Shown: piece by piece, positions 10,465 through 18,791 of the stretch | Position numbering within the stretch: position 1 is the stretch's first letter | Layout: each line of letters opens with the position of its first letter | Assembly (NCBI GenBank): GCA_963665015.2 | Contig: CAXXSY010000005.1 | Span: 4,301-68,300, forward strand | Direction of reading: 5' to 3' | Length of the DNA: 64,000 nt | From: Candidatus Cloacimonadales bacterium | GTDB lineage: Bacteria > Cloacimonadota > Cloacimonadia > Cloacimonadales > JAIOQZ01 | Translations under genes and position numbers: made by a program | Notes under the pieces: generated by a model | Databases searched by the model: none | What the model was told of the DNA's origin: nothing | What the model saw: only the letters and a program-made list of their open reading frames with translations

Positions 10465-10629
10465 CTATACAATTTTATCCTTATCGCGGGTCAGCTTCTC
10501 GTGCAGGCTGATCGCCCGTTTCATCACCCGATTGACCACCGCGTCCCGCTTCACAATCGCGGGGTCGATTATCTTGGCCGGATACTCGTTGCCATGCTCA
10601 TCCGTCAGTGTTTTCTGCGCTCTTGCCAT
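10465..10629 (-). pseudogene. N-terminal stub (54 codons) of a Mu-like early protein (DUF3164-like)
   Basis: AGGAGCATAC-ATG, then MARAQKTLTDEHGNEYPAKIIDPAIVKRDAVVNRVMKRAISLHEKLTRDKDKIV. The reading frame dies exactly where GC-rich DNA gives way to the AT-rich cassette. The family call is from memory. Confidence 0.35.
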
Positions 10630-10638
10630 GTATGCTCC

Positions 10639-11148
10639 TTACGCCGTCACCGCCACACCGGGCGTTTTGACGGCTTTCTTCTTGAGTTTACGGAATATCT
10701 GCGTATCGACGTCATGCCCAACACCGCCGAGATTGCTGGAGTCGGTGACGGCGTAGACTTTGTCGCGTATGCCGATGACGCCAGCCGAGGCCATCGCCTG
10801 CATGTAGTAGACGATCTTGTGGTGGGTGCATTCCATCACCTCGATCAGGTCGCGCTGGCTGGTGTATCGTCCGTCGATGAGCGTGTGCAGCAGCTTCCGC
10901 ATGAAATCGTTCTCGTAGCCATACCGGTTGAACCGCTTCAGCTCTTCCGGGGTGTCGTCCTTCACGTAGATGTTCCATTTTCCGTCCTTGGAGATAACCT
11001 CGACCACCTGCGTCTCGCGCAGGAACACCAGCATCTTGATCGTGTACTTGATGTCGATGCCGGTCTCCGCGCTTACTTCGGCGGCGGTGAAAGGCTTTCG
11101 GGTGTACTCCACGAACCTTCGAATCGCTCTCGCTTTGCCACAATCCAC
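10639..11148 (-). CDS. Phage hypothetical protein, probable tandem winged-helix
   Basis: A GC-rich ORF directly downstream of the B ATPase. No diagnostic motif found. Confidence 0.5.
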   Translation of the reverse strand: MDCGKARAIRRFVEYTRKPFTAAEVSAETGIDIKYTIKMLVFLRETQVVEVISKDGKWNIYVKDDTPEELKRFNRYGYENDFMRKLLHTLIDGRYTSQRDLIEVMECTHHKIVYYMQAMASAGVIGIRDKVYAVTDSSNLGGVGHDVDTQIFRKLKKKAVKTPGVAVTA

Positions 11149-11157
11149 TGCCGCCTC

Positions 11158-11880
11158 CTACGCGATCTTGGCCTGTTGCAGGTGCTCGAGACCGAACTCG
11201 GCGATGTCCAACTCGCGCGCGATGCCCTCGATGGAATAGAGCGATTTCACCAGCTTGCGGATGTTGCCCTTGGTCTTGCCGTGCAGGTACTTGACGATGT
11301 CGCCGCTGAGCTTGACCGACGCTACCTCGTCGCAGATATGCTGGATGTCGTCCCTGCCCAACTCCTTGAACTCGCAGAAGAAGTTGCAGCGGTCGAAGTA
11401 GTGCGAGTCGGCCATGAGCAGCCGGTCGCGCGCGTCCGCCATACCGACAAGGATCACCACCGAGAGCGTCTCGTCCACGATGTCGCGTATGGCTCCGAGT
11501 AGCTTGCGCATCTTGAAGGCGTAGTCGATCTCGTCAATGACGATGACCGTGTTGTCGTGCATGCGCAGGATGTTGATCACGGTGTTGAAGATGTCGTTGG
11601 TTGTGCCGCGCGGTCTGGTCTTGGTCATGCCGAAGTGGTACTGCACCAGCTCGAGCAGCCGGATGGAAAACGACTTTGCCGTCATGGTCGACTCGAGCCG
11701 CAGGTAGATGTAGTCGTCGCGGATGGCGGTCTGCCGCGCGAAACGACTTTTGCCCAACCCGGGCTGACCGTAGATCAATCCAAGTCCGACCATTTCGGTC
11801 TTGGGGCGGTTCAGCAGGTAGCTGATCATCTTTTCGGCTTCTCGCACGTTCTGGGTGCGAACCAGCGATAATTCTTTCAT
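11158..11880 (-). CDS. MuB-like AAA+ transposition ATPase
   Basis: Walker A GQPGLGKS and Walker B VIVIDEID, positioned immediately after the transposase remnant. Confidence 0.8.
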   Translation of the reverse strand: MKELSLVRTQNVREAEKMISYLLNRPKTEMVGLGLIYGQPGLGKSRFARQTAIRDDYIYLRLESTMTAKSFSIRLLELVQYHFGMTKTRPRGTTNDIFNTVINILRMHDNTVIVIDEIDYAFKMRKLLGAIRDIVDETLSVVILVGMADARDRLLMADSHYFDRCNFFCEFKELGRDDIQHICDEVASVKLSGDIVKYLHGKTKGNIRKLVKSLYSIEGIARELDIAEFGLEHLQQAKIA

Positions 11881-11889
11881 TGTATCCTC

Positions 11890-12612
11890 CTAAAGTCCTA
11901 AGTTTTCAAACAGCGAGTCGAGCTTCTTGAGCGGGTCGTCCTGCTCCGCTGGCTCGATAGTGGATGCGTCGGTTTGATATGTTACCTCGATGGCTTCCTC
12001 GTGCGGACTCGGCGTCTCACCCTGCTCGAGCAGTGGCTGGTTGTTGAAGCTCCCCGAAGCCGCAGGCAACTGCGGCAACGGCATGGATGACACAGCCTCG
12101 TCGACCTGCTTGCGTAGAATGGCCGACTTGGTCTTGACGTCGCTTTCGAGCTTGCGCTGATGGGCGAGTTGTCGCTTCAAGTCCTTCTCGGCGAGGGCAT
12201 CGTCGCCTGCGATCTGCACGAAGGGGTGCGTCAGCTTTCGCAACGCCGCCTGACAGATGAAGCGGTCGGTCTCGTCGAAGAGCAGGATCGAGCGCATGTC
12301 CATGATGTCGTAGCGGATGCGTAGTCGCTTGCCGACGTGCCTGACCATCTCGTCATGCCAGTAAAGCGCGTTGTTGAGCCGGATGCCGTTGTTGCCGACC
12401 TTGCGGCTGTCCGCCTTGAGCATCAGGAAATTCAGTTCGCTGGCGTCTATCCGGCGATCTTCCGGCGCGGGACTGCTCTTGAACAGCTCGAAAGGTTTCT
12501 GGTTGTGCAGTCCGCCATGCGGCGTGCGACCGTACAGCTCCTGAAAGTAGAAGCCGATGAGGGCTTTCGCCTGATCAATATCGAGGGCCTCGCGCTTCTT
12601 GAGCTTGCGCAC
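11890..12612 (-). pseudogene. MuA-like transposase, C-terminal remnant only
   Basis: It begins at the end of the integrase core (..FYFQELYGRTPHGGLHNQKPFELF) and continues into a Mu-transposase C-terminal-type segment (GIRLNNALYWHDEMVRHVGKRLRIRYDIMDMRSILLFD). The DNA-binding and DDE regions are absent. The frame runs upstream to ~12680, where AT-rich DNA starts. Confidence 0.7.
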
Positions 12613-12745
12613 CCACTCCTCGTTGCGATTGAGGTAAGCCGGTCGGTCGGCGATGGACCCGCTTGATGCGAGTGGGTATTGAAATACTTGACAGTACGAT
12701 CTCTGTTAGCAGAGTATACTAAAATGGAATACATTGGAGGGAGGC

Positions 12746-13735
12746 ATGCTTCAGGTTGTTATTGGAAGTATCTTCGACACTACATGTGATTTGCTCATTA
12801 TTCCTTGTGATAGTTTTGGTGGGGTCACACAGTCGGTTTTTACAAATCTAAAGAACAAAAAACTTCCTATATCGGCCGTGAATACTGAGTACGGCACTGT
12901 TAATATATTTCCCGCAAAATCTCAAATAGCAAGATACATAGGCTTTGCAGCATCTGTTCTTGCAGACACTTCATCTTCAGATGTCGGTGCAGTTGAGAAA
13001 ATTGCACGGCATATTGCCCGTTTTGCTGAGAATAATAAACTGCAGTTTGTTAATATTCCACTGCTTGGTGCTGGTGCTGGAGGGCTTAGGGCTTCAGAAT
13101 CGTTTGAGGTTTTTCGAAAGGTGTTTTCTGAATCGAATAACAATATAACGTATACAGTACATTGCTTCTCACGAGATGTCTTTGAATCCTTGAACTATGA
13201 GAATAAATCACTGCCAGAAGCATTGAAAAATCCAAGAGTTTTCATAAGCTATTGTGGATTTGATGGAGACAACACCATATGGGTTGATGGACTGACTAAA
13301 CGTTTGCGAAAAAACGGTATTGATGCTCGTATTGATTTGTATGATATATCTGCTGGGACAGATTTACCGAGTTGGATGACCTCTGAGATACTTCAAGCAG
13401 AAAAAGTAATCCTTGTGTGCGATAAAATTTATGTTGAACGTGCCAATTTAATGAAGCCCAGCGGTGTTGGGTGGGAAACGATGATTATACAAGCAGACTT
13501 ATTGTATGCTAATATCAACAACACGAAATATATAGCAATCATGCGAGAAAACAATGTTGATGAAGGATTGCCTATCTTTCAACGTTCAAAGCTTGCTCTA
13601 AATTGGTCTAGATTCAAGAATGTAGATGATATTGATGATAAAGAATTCAAGAAACTACTTCAAGCAGTATTTGAAGTGTATCAGAAACCACAATTAGGAC
13701 CCATTCCTAATTGGGTGAGAAATCCGAAAGTTTGA
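12746..13735 (+). CDS. Macro-like domain / TIR domain fusion protein (candidate anti-phage gene); cargo of AT-rich cassette 2
   Basis: ATG at 12746 behind GGAGGGAGG. The N-terminal half has VVIGSIFDTTCDLLIIPCDSFGG and VNIPLLGAGAGGL, the macro-domain signature positions. The C-terminal half has RVFISYCGFD..GIDARIDLYDI..AEKVILVCDKIY..GVGWETMII, a TIR/SEFIR-type pattern. Confidence 0.75.
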   Translation: MLQVVIGSIFDTTCDLLIIPCDSFGGVTQSVFTNLKNKKLPISAVNTEYGTVNIFPAKSQIARYIGFAASVLADTSSSDVGAVEKIARHIARFAENNKLQFVNIPLLGAGAGGLRASESFEVFRKVFSESNNNITYTVHCFSRDVFESLNYENKSLPEALKNPRVFISYCGFDGDNTIWVDGLTKRLRKNGIDARIDLYDISAGTDLPSWMTSEILQAEKVILVCDKIYVERANLMKPSGVGWETMIIQADLLYANINNTKYIAIMRENNVDEGLPIFQRSKLALNWSRFKNVDDIDDKEFKKLLQAVFEVYQKPQLGPIPNWVRNPKV

Positions 13736-13799
13736 TACCTTCTTTCTGCCAAAAGAGTATAACGTCAACCTCAACTGGCTTATAACCGGCAAGGGAGAC

Positions 13800-14369
13800 A
13801 TGTTTCTTCACGCCGAGGACGGCAGTTTGGTGACGAATGGACGCAAGGAGAAGCTCGAGGAGATGAGCGGGAACGGCGCGAAGGCTTCGCTTACACCCTT
13901 CGAGACGCGCAACATCACTCTGCCGCTCATGGGAGAAATCGCTGCCGGCGAACCGATGGAGAACAACGCCGCGCTCGACTGGGACTACATCGAAATCCCG
14001 AAGGCCTTTCTGCACGACCGCCATGACTCCTACTGCGCATTACGAGTCAACGGCGACAGCATGAAGCCGCGCATCAACCGCGGCGACATCGTGGTCATTC
14101 ACCAGCGCTCCGACTGGGACAATCTCGACCGGCGCGTCTGCGCGGTTCGCACCTCGGACGGCATCACCCTCAAGAAGGTGCAGTACAATCCGGTGAAACG
14201 GCAAGTGCTGCTCAAGCCTTTCAACTCTGACTTCGAAACTCTCGTCCTCGAGGATGAAGAACTGGCCCGTTTCCAGATCATCGGTGAGATGGCGATGCAG
14301 TTTCGTGTTTTCAACTATGCGACGCTTGGGGCGACATCGATTGAGCCGATGCGCGCAAGCGGTTTCTAA
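13800..14369 (+). CDS. S24 (LexA/CI-type) phage repressor lacking its HTH domain (truncated)
   Basis: S24 peptidase core: GEIAAGEP..LRVNGDSMKP..GDIVVIH..ITLKKV (Ser/Lys dyad). Upstream in frame (13752-13802), only the final HTH residues KEYNVNLNWLITGKGDM survive after a stop at 13716. Confidence 0.8.
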   Translation: MFLHAEDGSLVTNGRKEKLEEMSGNGAKASLTPFETRNITLPLMGEIAAGEPMENNAALDWDYIEIPKAFLHDRHDSYCALRVNGDSMKPRINRGDIVVIHQRSDWDNLDRRVCAVRTSDGITLKKVQYNPVKRQVLLKPFNSDFETLVLEDEELARFQIIGEMAMQFRVFNYATLGATSIEPMRASGF

Positions 14370-14583
14370 GCTAAACAGATAGAGCGTGTTACAGAAGAGT
14401 CAAGAGCTGCAAACCTTCTGCAAGAGTGGAACCGAAGTGGAAGAACCATCCCACAGAAACCTGCAAATGGAAAAAGTGCAAAAACGCTTTGAAAATGCGT
14501 GCAAGCAACCACCAGACAAACACCTGTGAGACCACTCAATCGTTTTTGCAGGATGGAAAGAAGGGTGTCAAATTACAGCTGTA

Positions 14584-14733
14584 AAGTGACACCCTTCATT
14601 TTCCACTTTGTGACAGCATGTTTTCCATCGTGCAACATGTCGAAGTGACAGGAAATGCCTTTAAATCTCGCCTTTTCATATATATAGGTGTAGTCACTTA
14701 CCCAGGTTGCAAGTGACGGCAGTTTTTCCATCG
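14584..14733 (+). repeat. Phage-end repeat array of remnant A (candidate transposase-binding sites)
   Basis: Same-strand copies of a ~21-bp motif: AAGTGACACCCTTCATTTTCCAC (14584), GTGACAGCATGTTTTCCATCG (14610), AAGTGACAGGAAATGCC (14643) and AGTGACGGCAGTTTTTCCATCG (14712). Confidence 0.6.
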
Positions 14734-15043
14734 TTTCGAGCCGTTTTCCAGTTGTTGCAAGGGTTTAGGAGCCTGAATATTATTCATGCGGAAACCAGCT
14801 ATCTTCTCTTCAATCTGAACTGTATTGTCACTTCCTGACAATTGAGAAGGAACTAATATACATTTCGCTTGTGGGCGCATGTCCTCCAAATCGAATCCCG
14901 ACCATTCCTCAAAGAGCCTACTTGACATTTGGGTAATTCTGATCGATGTTGACAGTATGTTCTCTGCGTCTCCATGAGGATCTACAGAGAAAGGTCACGA
15001 ACACAGACGCATTCAAGTTTTCTAAATACTAAAGGATCAACAC

Positions 15044-16870
15044 GTGAATTACACCGAAGACGATGTCAAAAGGCTGATTACTGAAGCAGGGACAGTTGTG
15101 CATCGACAACCCGACAAGTGCATCGAGATTGCTCAGGAAACGCTATCAATCTCAAATGAGTTGCACTTTGAACCAGGCGTTGGCATGGCGTTGATGAATA
15201 TTGGGCTGGGGCATTACTATAAGGGAATTTTCATAACGGCTATCGAATATTATTCACAAGCCCTGGAAATATTCGAGAAAATTCAGTTTCTTCCTGCTCA
15301 GGGGATGATTCACAACAATTTTGGTGCGTTATATTGCAGAATAAATGATTACAAAAAGGCATTAGACAACTATTTGAAAGCATACGAAATCGACTGCAAA
15401 ATCAATAATAAAAAAAATATAGCTCTCACGCTGAACAATATCGGAAACATCTATAGCACTCAACACAGCCTCAATGAAGCTCTTGAGTATTTCCAGAAAT
15501 CTCTTGCAATCGCGGAGGAAATCAACTTTGAAATTGCGTTATGTAATACTCTGACCAACATCGGTCAATTATATCTGAAAAAAGGAGATACTGCAAGGGC
15601 CCTGGAGTTTCTGAACAAGAGCAGGCATCTTTGCTACGAAACCAATAATAATGGTGTATTGGTGAAAGCCCTGACCTCGCTTGCAGAGATTTATTATCAA
15701 AAAACGATGTATGCTGAAGCTCTCGACATGATCGAAGAAGGGATAAAGAAAGCTGAGGAATTGAACAACCGGAAACAAGTCCTGGATTATAAAACCAGCA
15801 AAGCCTTAATCCTTATGGATCAAGGTCTAATCAAAGAGGCGGGTGAGATATTGGAAAGCCTGAAAGGAATCGATCCGGTTGTGTTCATTAATGAGTGTGA
15901 GACCTTATATAAAAATTTGATGACGCTGTACGAGTTGCGGAAAGATTACAAGTCAGCTTTGGAATATTCCCAAAAATATGCTACCCAAAGAATTAAAAGA
16001 ATCGAGAATCAAAATTCAGAGAATATTGCCGAGTTGCGAACCCGGTTCGAGGTAACGGTTAAAGAAAATGAATTGCAAGCAGCGCAGAAAAGGAACCGGG
16101 AACTGGAGGAAAAGGTACATGAGGGCATCGAAAAATGGAAGAAACAACATCAGCTCCTCATTCAGAAATCGAAACTCGAATCAATCGGGAAACTGGCTGC
16201 GGGAATGGCGCACGAGATCAATCAGCCTCTGCTGGGGATATCTCTGGGACTGGAGAATATCCGGAACAAGATCAAACTCGGGAAGGTCTCGGATGAATAT
16301 CTCAACGAGAAAGTGGCGACTTTTTCCGACAATGTGAATCGGATCAAACAAATCATTGAGCACGTGCGAATCTTTTCTCGAGAACAAAATTCAATTGAAG
16401 TAGAAGTGTATAATATCAACGAAACCATCAAGAACGCCGTAAGCATCATGACGTCGCAGTTTCGTAAACACAGTATCGAGTTACTGCTTCATCTGCATAG
16501 CAGTCCATTGTGCAGCTTGGGGAACAGATACAGGTTTGAACAGGTCATAATCAACCTATTGTCAAACGCCAGAGATGCTGTTGAGGAACTTCCGTTGCCT
16601 CGAAGGACAATCTCGGTTACAACTTCTCAGCAGTCAGAGATGATCGTCGTGGCAGTGAAAGACACCGGCATCGGGGTGTCCAGCCTCGAATTGGGTCAGA
16701 TTTTCTATCCATTCTATACGACAAAAGAACCGGAAAAAGGCACAGGACTTGGCCTTTCCATAGCCTACGGGATTATAAAAGACATGAATGGGAGCATAGA
16801 TATCTCGAGCGAGCAGGGGAAATACACCGAAGCTGTTATCACGCTGCCCATGATAGAGAGCGAAGTATGA
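15044..16870 (+). CDS. Soluble sensor histidine kinase with an N-terminal TPR array
   Basis: GTG start. It has multiple TPR-like repeats (..NIGNIYSTQHSLNEALEYFQKSLAI..), a coiled coil, an H-box AAGMAHEINQPL, an N-box LLSNARDA, G1 DTGIGV and G2 GTGLGLSI. No TM segment. Confidence 0.9.
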   Translation: MNYTEDDVKRLITEAGTVVHRQPDKCIEIAQETLSISNELHFEPGVGMALMNIGLGHYYKGIFITAIEYYSQALEIFEKIQFLPAQGMIHNNFGALYCRINDYKKALDNYLKAYEIDCKINNKKNIALTLNNIGNIYSTQHSLNEALEYFQKSLAIAEEINFEIALCNTLTNIGQLYLKKGDTARALEFLNKSRHLCYETNNNGVLVKALTSLAEIYYQKTMYAEALDMIEEGIKKAEELNNRKQVLDYKTSKALILMDQGLIKEAGEILESLKGIDPVVFINECETLYKNLMTLYELRKDYKSALEYSQKYATQRIKRIENQNSENIAELRTRFEVTVKENELQAAQKRNRELEEKVHEGIEKWKKQHQLLIQKSKLESIGKLAAGMAHEINQPLLGISLGLENIRNKIKLGKVSDEYLNEKVATFSDNVNRIKQIIEHVRIFSREQNSIEVEVYNINETIKNAVSIMTSQFRKHSIELLLHLHSSPLCSLGNRYRFEQVIINLLSNARDAVEELPLPRRTISVTTSQQSEMIVVAVKDTGIGVSSLELGQIFYPFYTTKEPEKGTGLGLSIAYGIIKDMNGSIDISSEQGKYTEAVITLPMIESEV

Positions 16871-18249
16871 ACGATCTGAATATCCTCATACTGGATGATG
16901 ACAGACTTATCCGAAAAGAACTGGAGGAGTCGTTAACCGACTACAGCTTCCAGATAACGACATCTGAAAAGCCCTCCGACGCGCTTCGGATTATCTCCGA
17001 GTCTGTTATCGATATCCTGATCCTCGATATCGATCTTCCAGAGATGAGCGGACTGGAAGTACTGAAAAGAGTCAAGCAAGAACATCCCTATGTTGAAGTC
17101 ATCATGATCACCGGCCACAGTGATATGGATTTCGCCATTCAAGCGTTACGACTCGGGGCGGCGGATTTCTTTTTAAAGCCGTTTTCCATTGCGGAAGTCG
17201 TCATTGCAATCAAGAAAACAGAAAGGTTCAAACGCTTGAACTCCGAACTGAATTTCGCCGTGCAGCAAAACCGCACACTCCTGGCCAGTCGACAGAAAGA
17301 GGTCAGAATCTCCGGCAGAAGCAAGCAGACCCTGCATGTTTTGGCCCAGATGAATCAACTCTCGCAATTCCCAGAAACCACCGTGCTTATAACAGGCGAA
17401 AGCGGTACAGGCAAGGAGCTGATCGCGAAAGGAATACACAATCTCGGCGAGAGAAAAAACGAGATTTGTCATGCCGTGAACTGCGCGGCTATTCCCGAAA
17501 ACCTTTTGGAAAGCGAGTTGTTCGGACACATGAAGGGAACGTTTACAGGCGCGATAGAAACCCAGATCGGGTGTTTCGAGTTAGCAAAGAATGGTACTCT
17601 TATCCTCGATGAAGTAACCGAAATGCCTCTTCACATACAGGCGAAGTTCCTCCGGGTGCTCGAAGAGCGGGAAGTCTCGAAGCTGGGGTCACACAGGATG
17701 ATTCAGCTGAATTCGAGGATCATCGCTACTTCGAATCGCAATTTGCAGGAGCTGGTCGAGAAGGGCGAATTCCGGGAAGACCTATATCACAGGCTCAATG
17801 TGTTTCACATCCATGTAACTCCGCTCAGGGAGAGAAAGGACGATATTCCCGATATCGCAAAAACACTAACTCTGGAGCTGTGTAAGAAACTCCGAAAAAC
17901 GACCGTGAAGCTGGACAATTCAGCTATGCATTATCTGCAACAATATGATTTTCCCGGCAACGTACGTGAATTGAGGAACATTCTCGAGCGTGTTTTGATT
18001 CTGAGCAGAACGGGATTCCTGAGTTCTGGGGACTTCGACTTCCTGAAGTCTTCCCTGCAGTCCCAGAATCAGGCGACGCCGGATTACAATCTCATGAACA
18101 ACGAAAAAAGACTGATCATGGAAGCTTTGAAGGCTTGTAACGGCAACAAAAAACATGCCTCGAAACTCATGGGTATTACCTGGCAATCACTGGATCGAAG
18201 GATCAAAAAGCACAACATATCAATCCACACCACCTCGACTATCCAATAA
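16867..18249 (+). CDS. Sigma-54-dependent response regulator (NtrC family)
   Basis: Receiver domain (ILILDIDLPEMSG), AAA+ core (GESGTGKE, GTFTGA loop, ESELFGH) and a C-terminal Fis-type HTH (HASKLMGITWQSLDRRIKKH). ATGA overlap with the kinase gene. Confidence 0.9.
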   Translation: MNDLNILILDDDRLIRKELEESLTDYSFQITTSEKPSDALRIISESVIDILILDIDLPEMSGLEVLKRVKQEHPYVEVIMITGHSDMDFAIQALRLGAADFFLKPFSIAEVVIAIKKTERFKRLNSELNFAVQQNRTLLASRQKEVRISGRSKQTLHVLAQMNQLSQFPETTVLITGESGTGKELIAKGIHNLGERKNEICHAVNCAAIPENLLESELFGHMKGTFTGAIETQIGCFELAKNGTLILDEVTEMPLHIQAKFLRVLEEREVSKLGSHRMIQLNSRIIATSNRNLQELVEKGEFREDLYHRLNVFHIHVTPLRERKDDIPDIAKTLTLELCKKLRKTTVKLDNSAMHYLQQYDFPGNVRELRNILERVLILSRTGFLSSGDFDFLKSSLQSQNQATPDYNLMNNEKRLIMEALKACNGNKKHASKLMGITWQSLDRRIKKHNISIHTTSTIQ

Positions 18250-18438
18250 TGGATACCATGTCCAAAATAGGATACAGCCTGCCTTGACGCCACCAAGGCC
18301 GTAATTGCCAATATTCTCGTAACTTACAGCGTAATGCACGCTTGATGCCTGTTCGTGAATATCCATTTTCGTATATTTCGATCTTCTCTGGAATTCAATT
18401 AAGCCTCTATTTTATTATATTGCAATGATTTAGATTTA

Positions 18439-18454
18439 TGGCACGCATGGTGCT
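18439..18454 (+). promoter_or_regulatory. Sigma-54 (-24/-12) promoter
   Basis: TGGCACG-CATG-GTGCT. The GG and GC elements are at canonical spacing relative to the TGGCACG-N4-TTGCW consensus. The GC lies 24 nt upstream of the ATG at 18477, with GAGG as RBS. Confidence 0.6.
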
Positions 18455-18476
18455 GTTGTTAGCCCCGAGGTGAAAA

Positions 18477-18791
18477 ATGAAAACGGTTATCTTCAGTTGT
18501 GACAAATGCATCGCAAGGGAACTCATGGAACTCAGTGGAATTGATCGGGATGAGACAATTCTTACAACGTCCCATCTCCAAATGATCAACGCTCTCCGAA
18601 AGCACGAGTTCGACCAGGCGATTCTGAATATTGCATCCAATCTGGATCTGATCCTGATCAAATACATCAGTGAGCATAACCAGGCAATAAAAATCAAGCT
18701 GTTTGGCGACGGTCTGCTGAACGAGATGATACCGATCATGCAAAGAAGTAACTGCGAAGTCATTCGAGGAGGAATGGACCATGAAGAATAG
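18477..18791 (+). CDS. Small hypothetical protein (possibly a degenerate receiver-like fold)
   Basis: A 104-aa ORF right after the sigma-54 promoter, overlapping the start of the giant gene by 11 nt. No diagnostic motif found. Confidence 0.5.
   Translation: MKTVIFSCDKCIARELMELSGIDRDETILTTSHLQMINALRKHEFDQAILNIASNLDLILIKYISEHNQAIKIKLFGDGLLNEMIPIMQRSNCEVIRGGMDHEE

Larger units (their letters stand above)
6100..14804 (-). mobile_element. Decayed Mu-like transposable prophage (remnant A)
   Basis: A GC-rich block with Mu gene order read on the minus strand: late genes at low coordinates, then the B ATPase, a transposase stub, a divergent S24 repressor and a repeat-bearing end. Homology to the second copy stops at 14804. 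No portal, capsid or tail genes and no transposase catalytic core are present. Confidence 0.7.

Noticed and set aside
14698-14928. Small ORFs inside the phage-end regions: 14698-14928(-), 24396-24698(-), 24575-24858(+), 24695-25033(-), 25184-25436 and 25588-25947(-).
   Set aside because: They lie in repeat-rich non-coding end DNA or are chimeric read-throughs of gene fragments. They have no RBS or recognisable domains.
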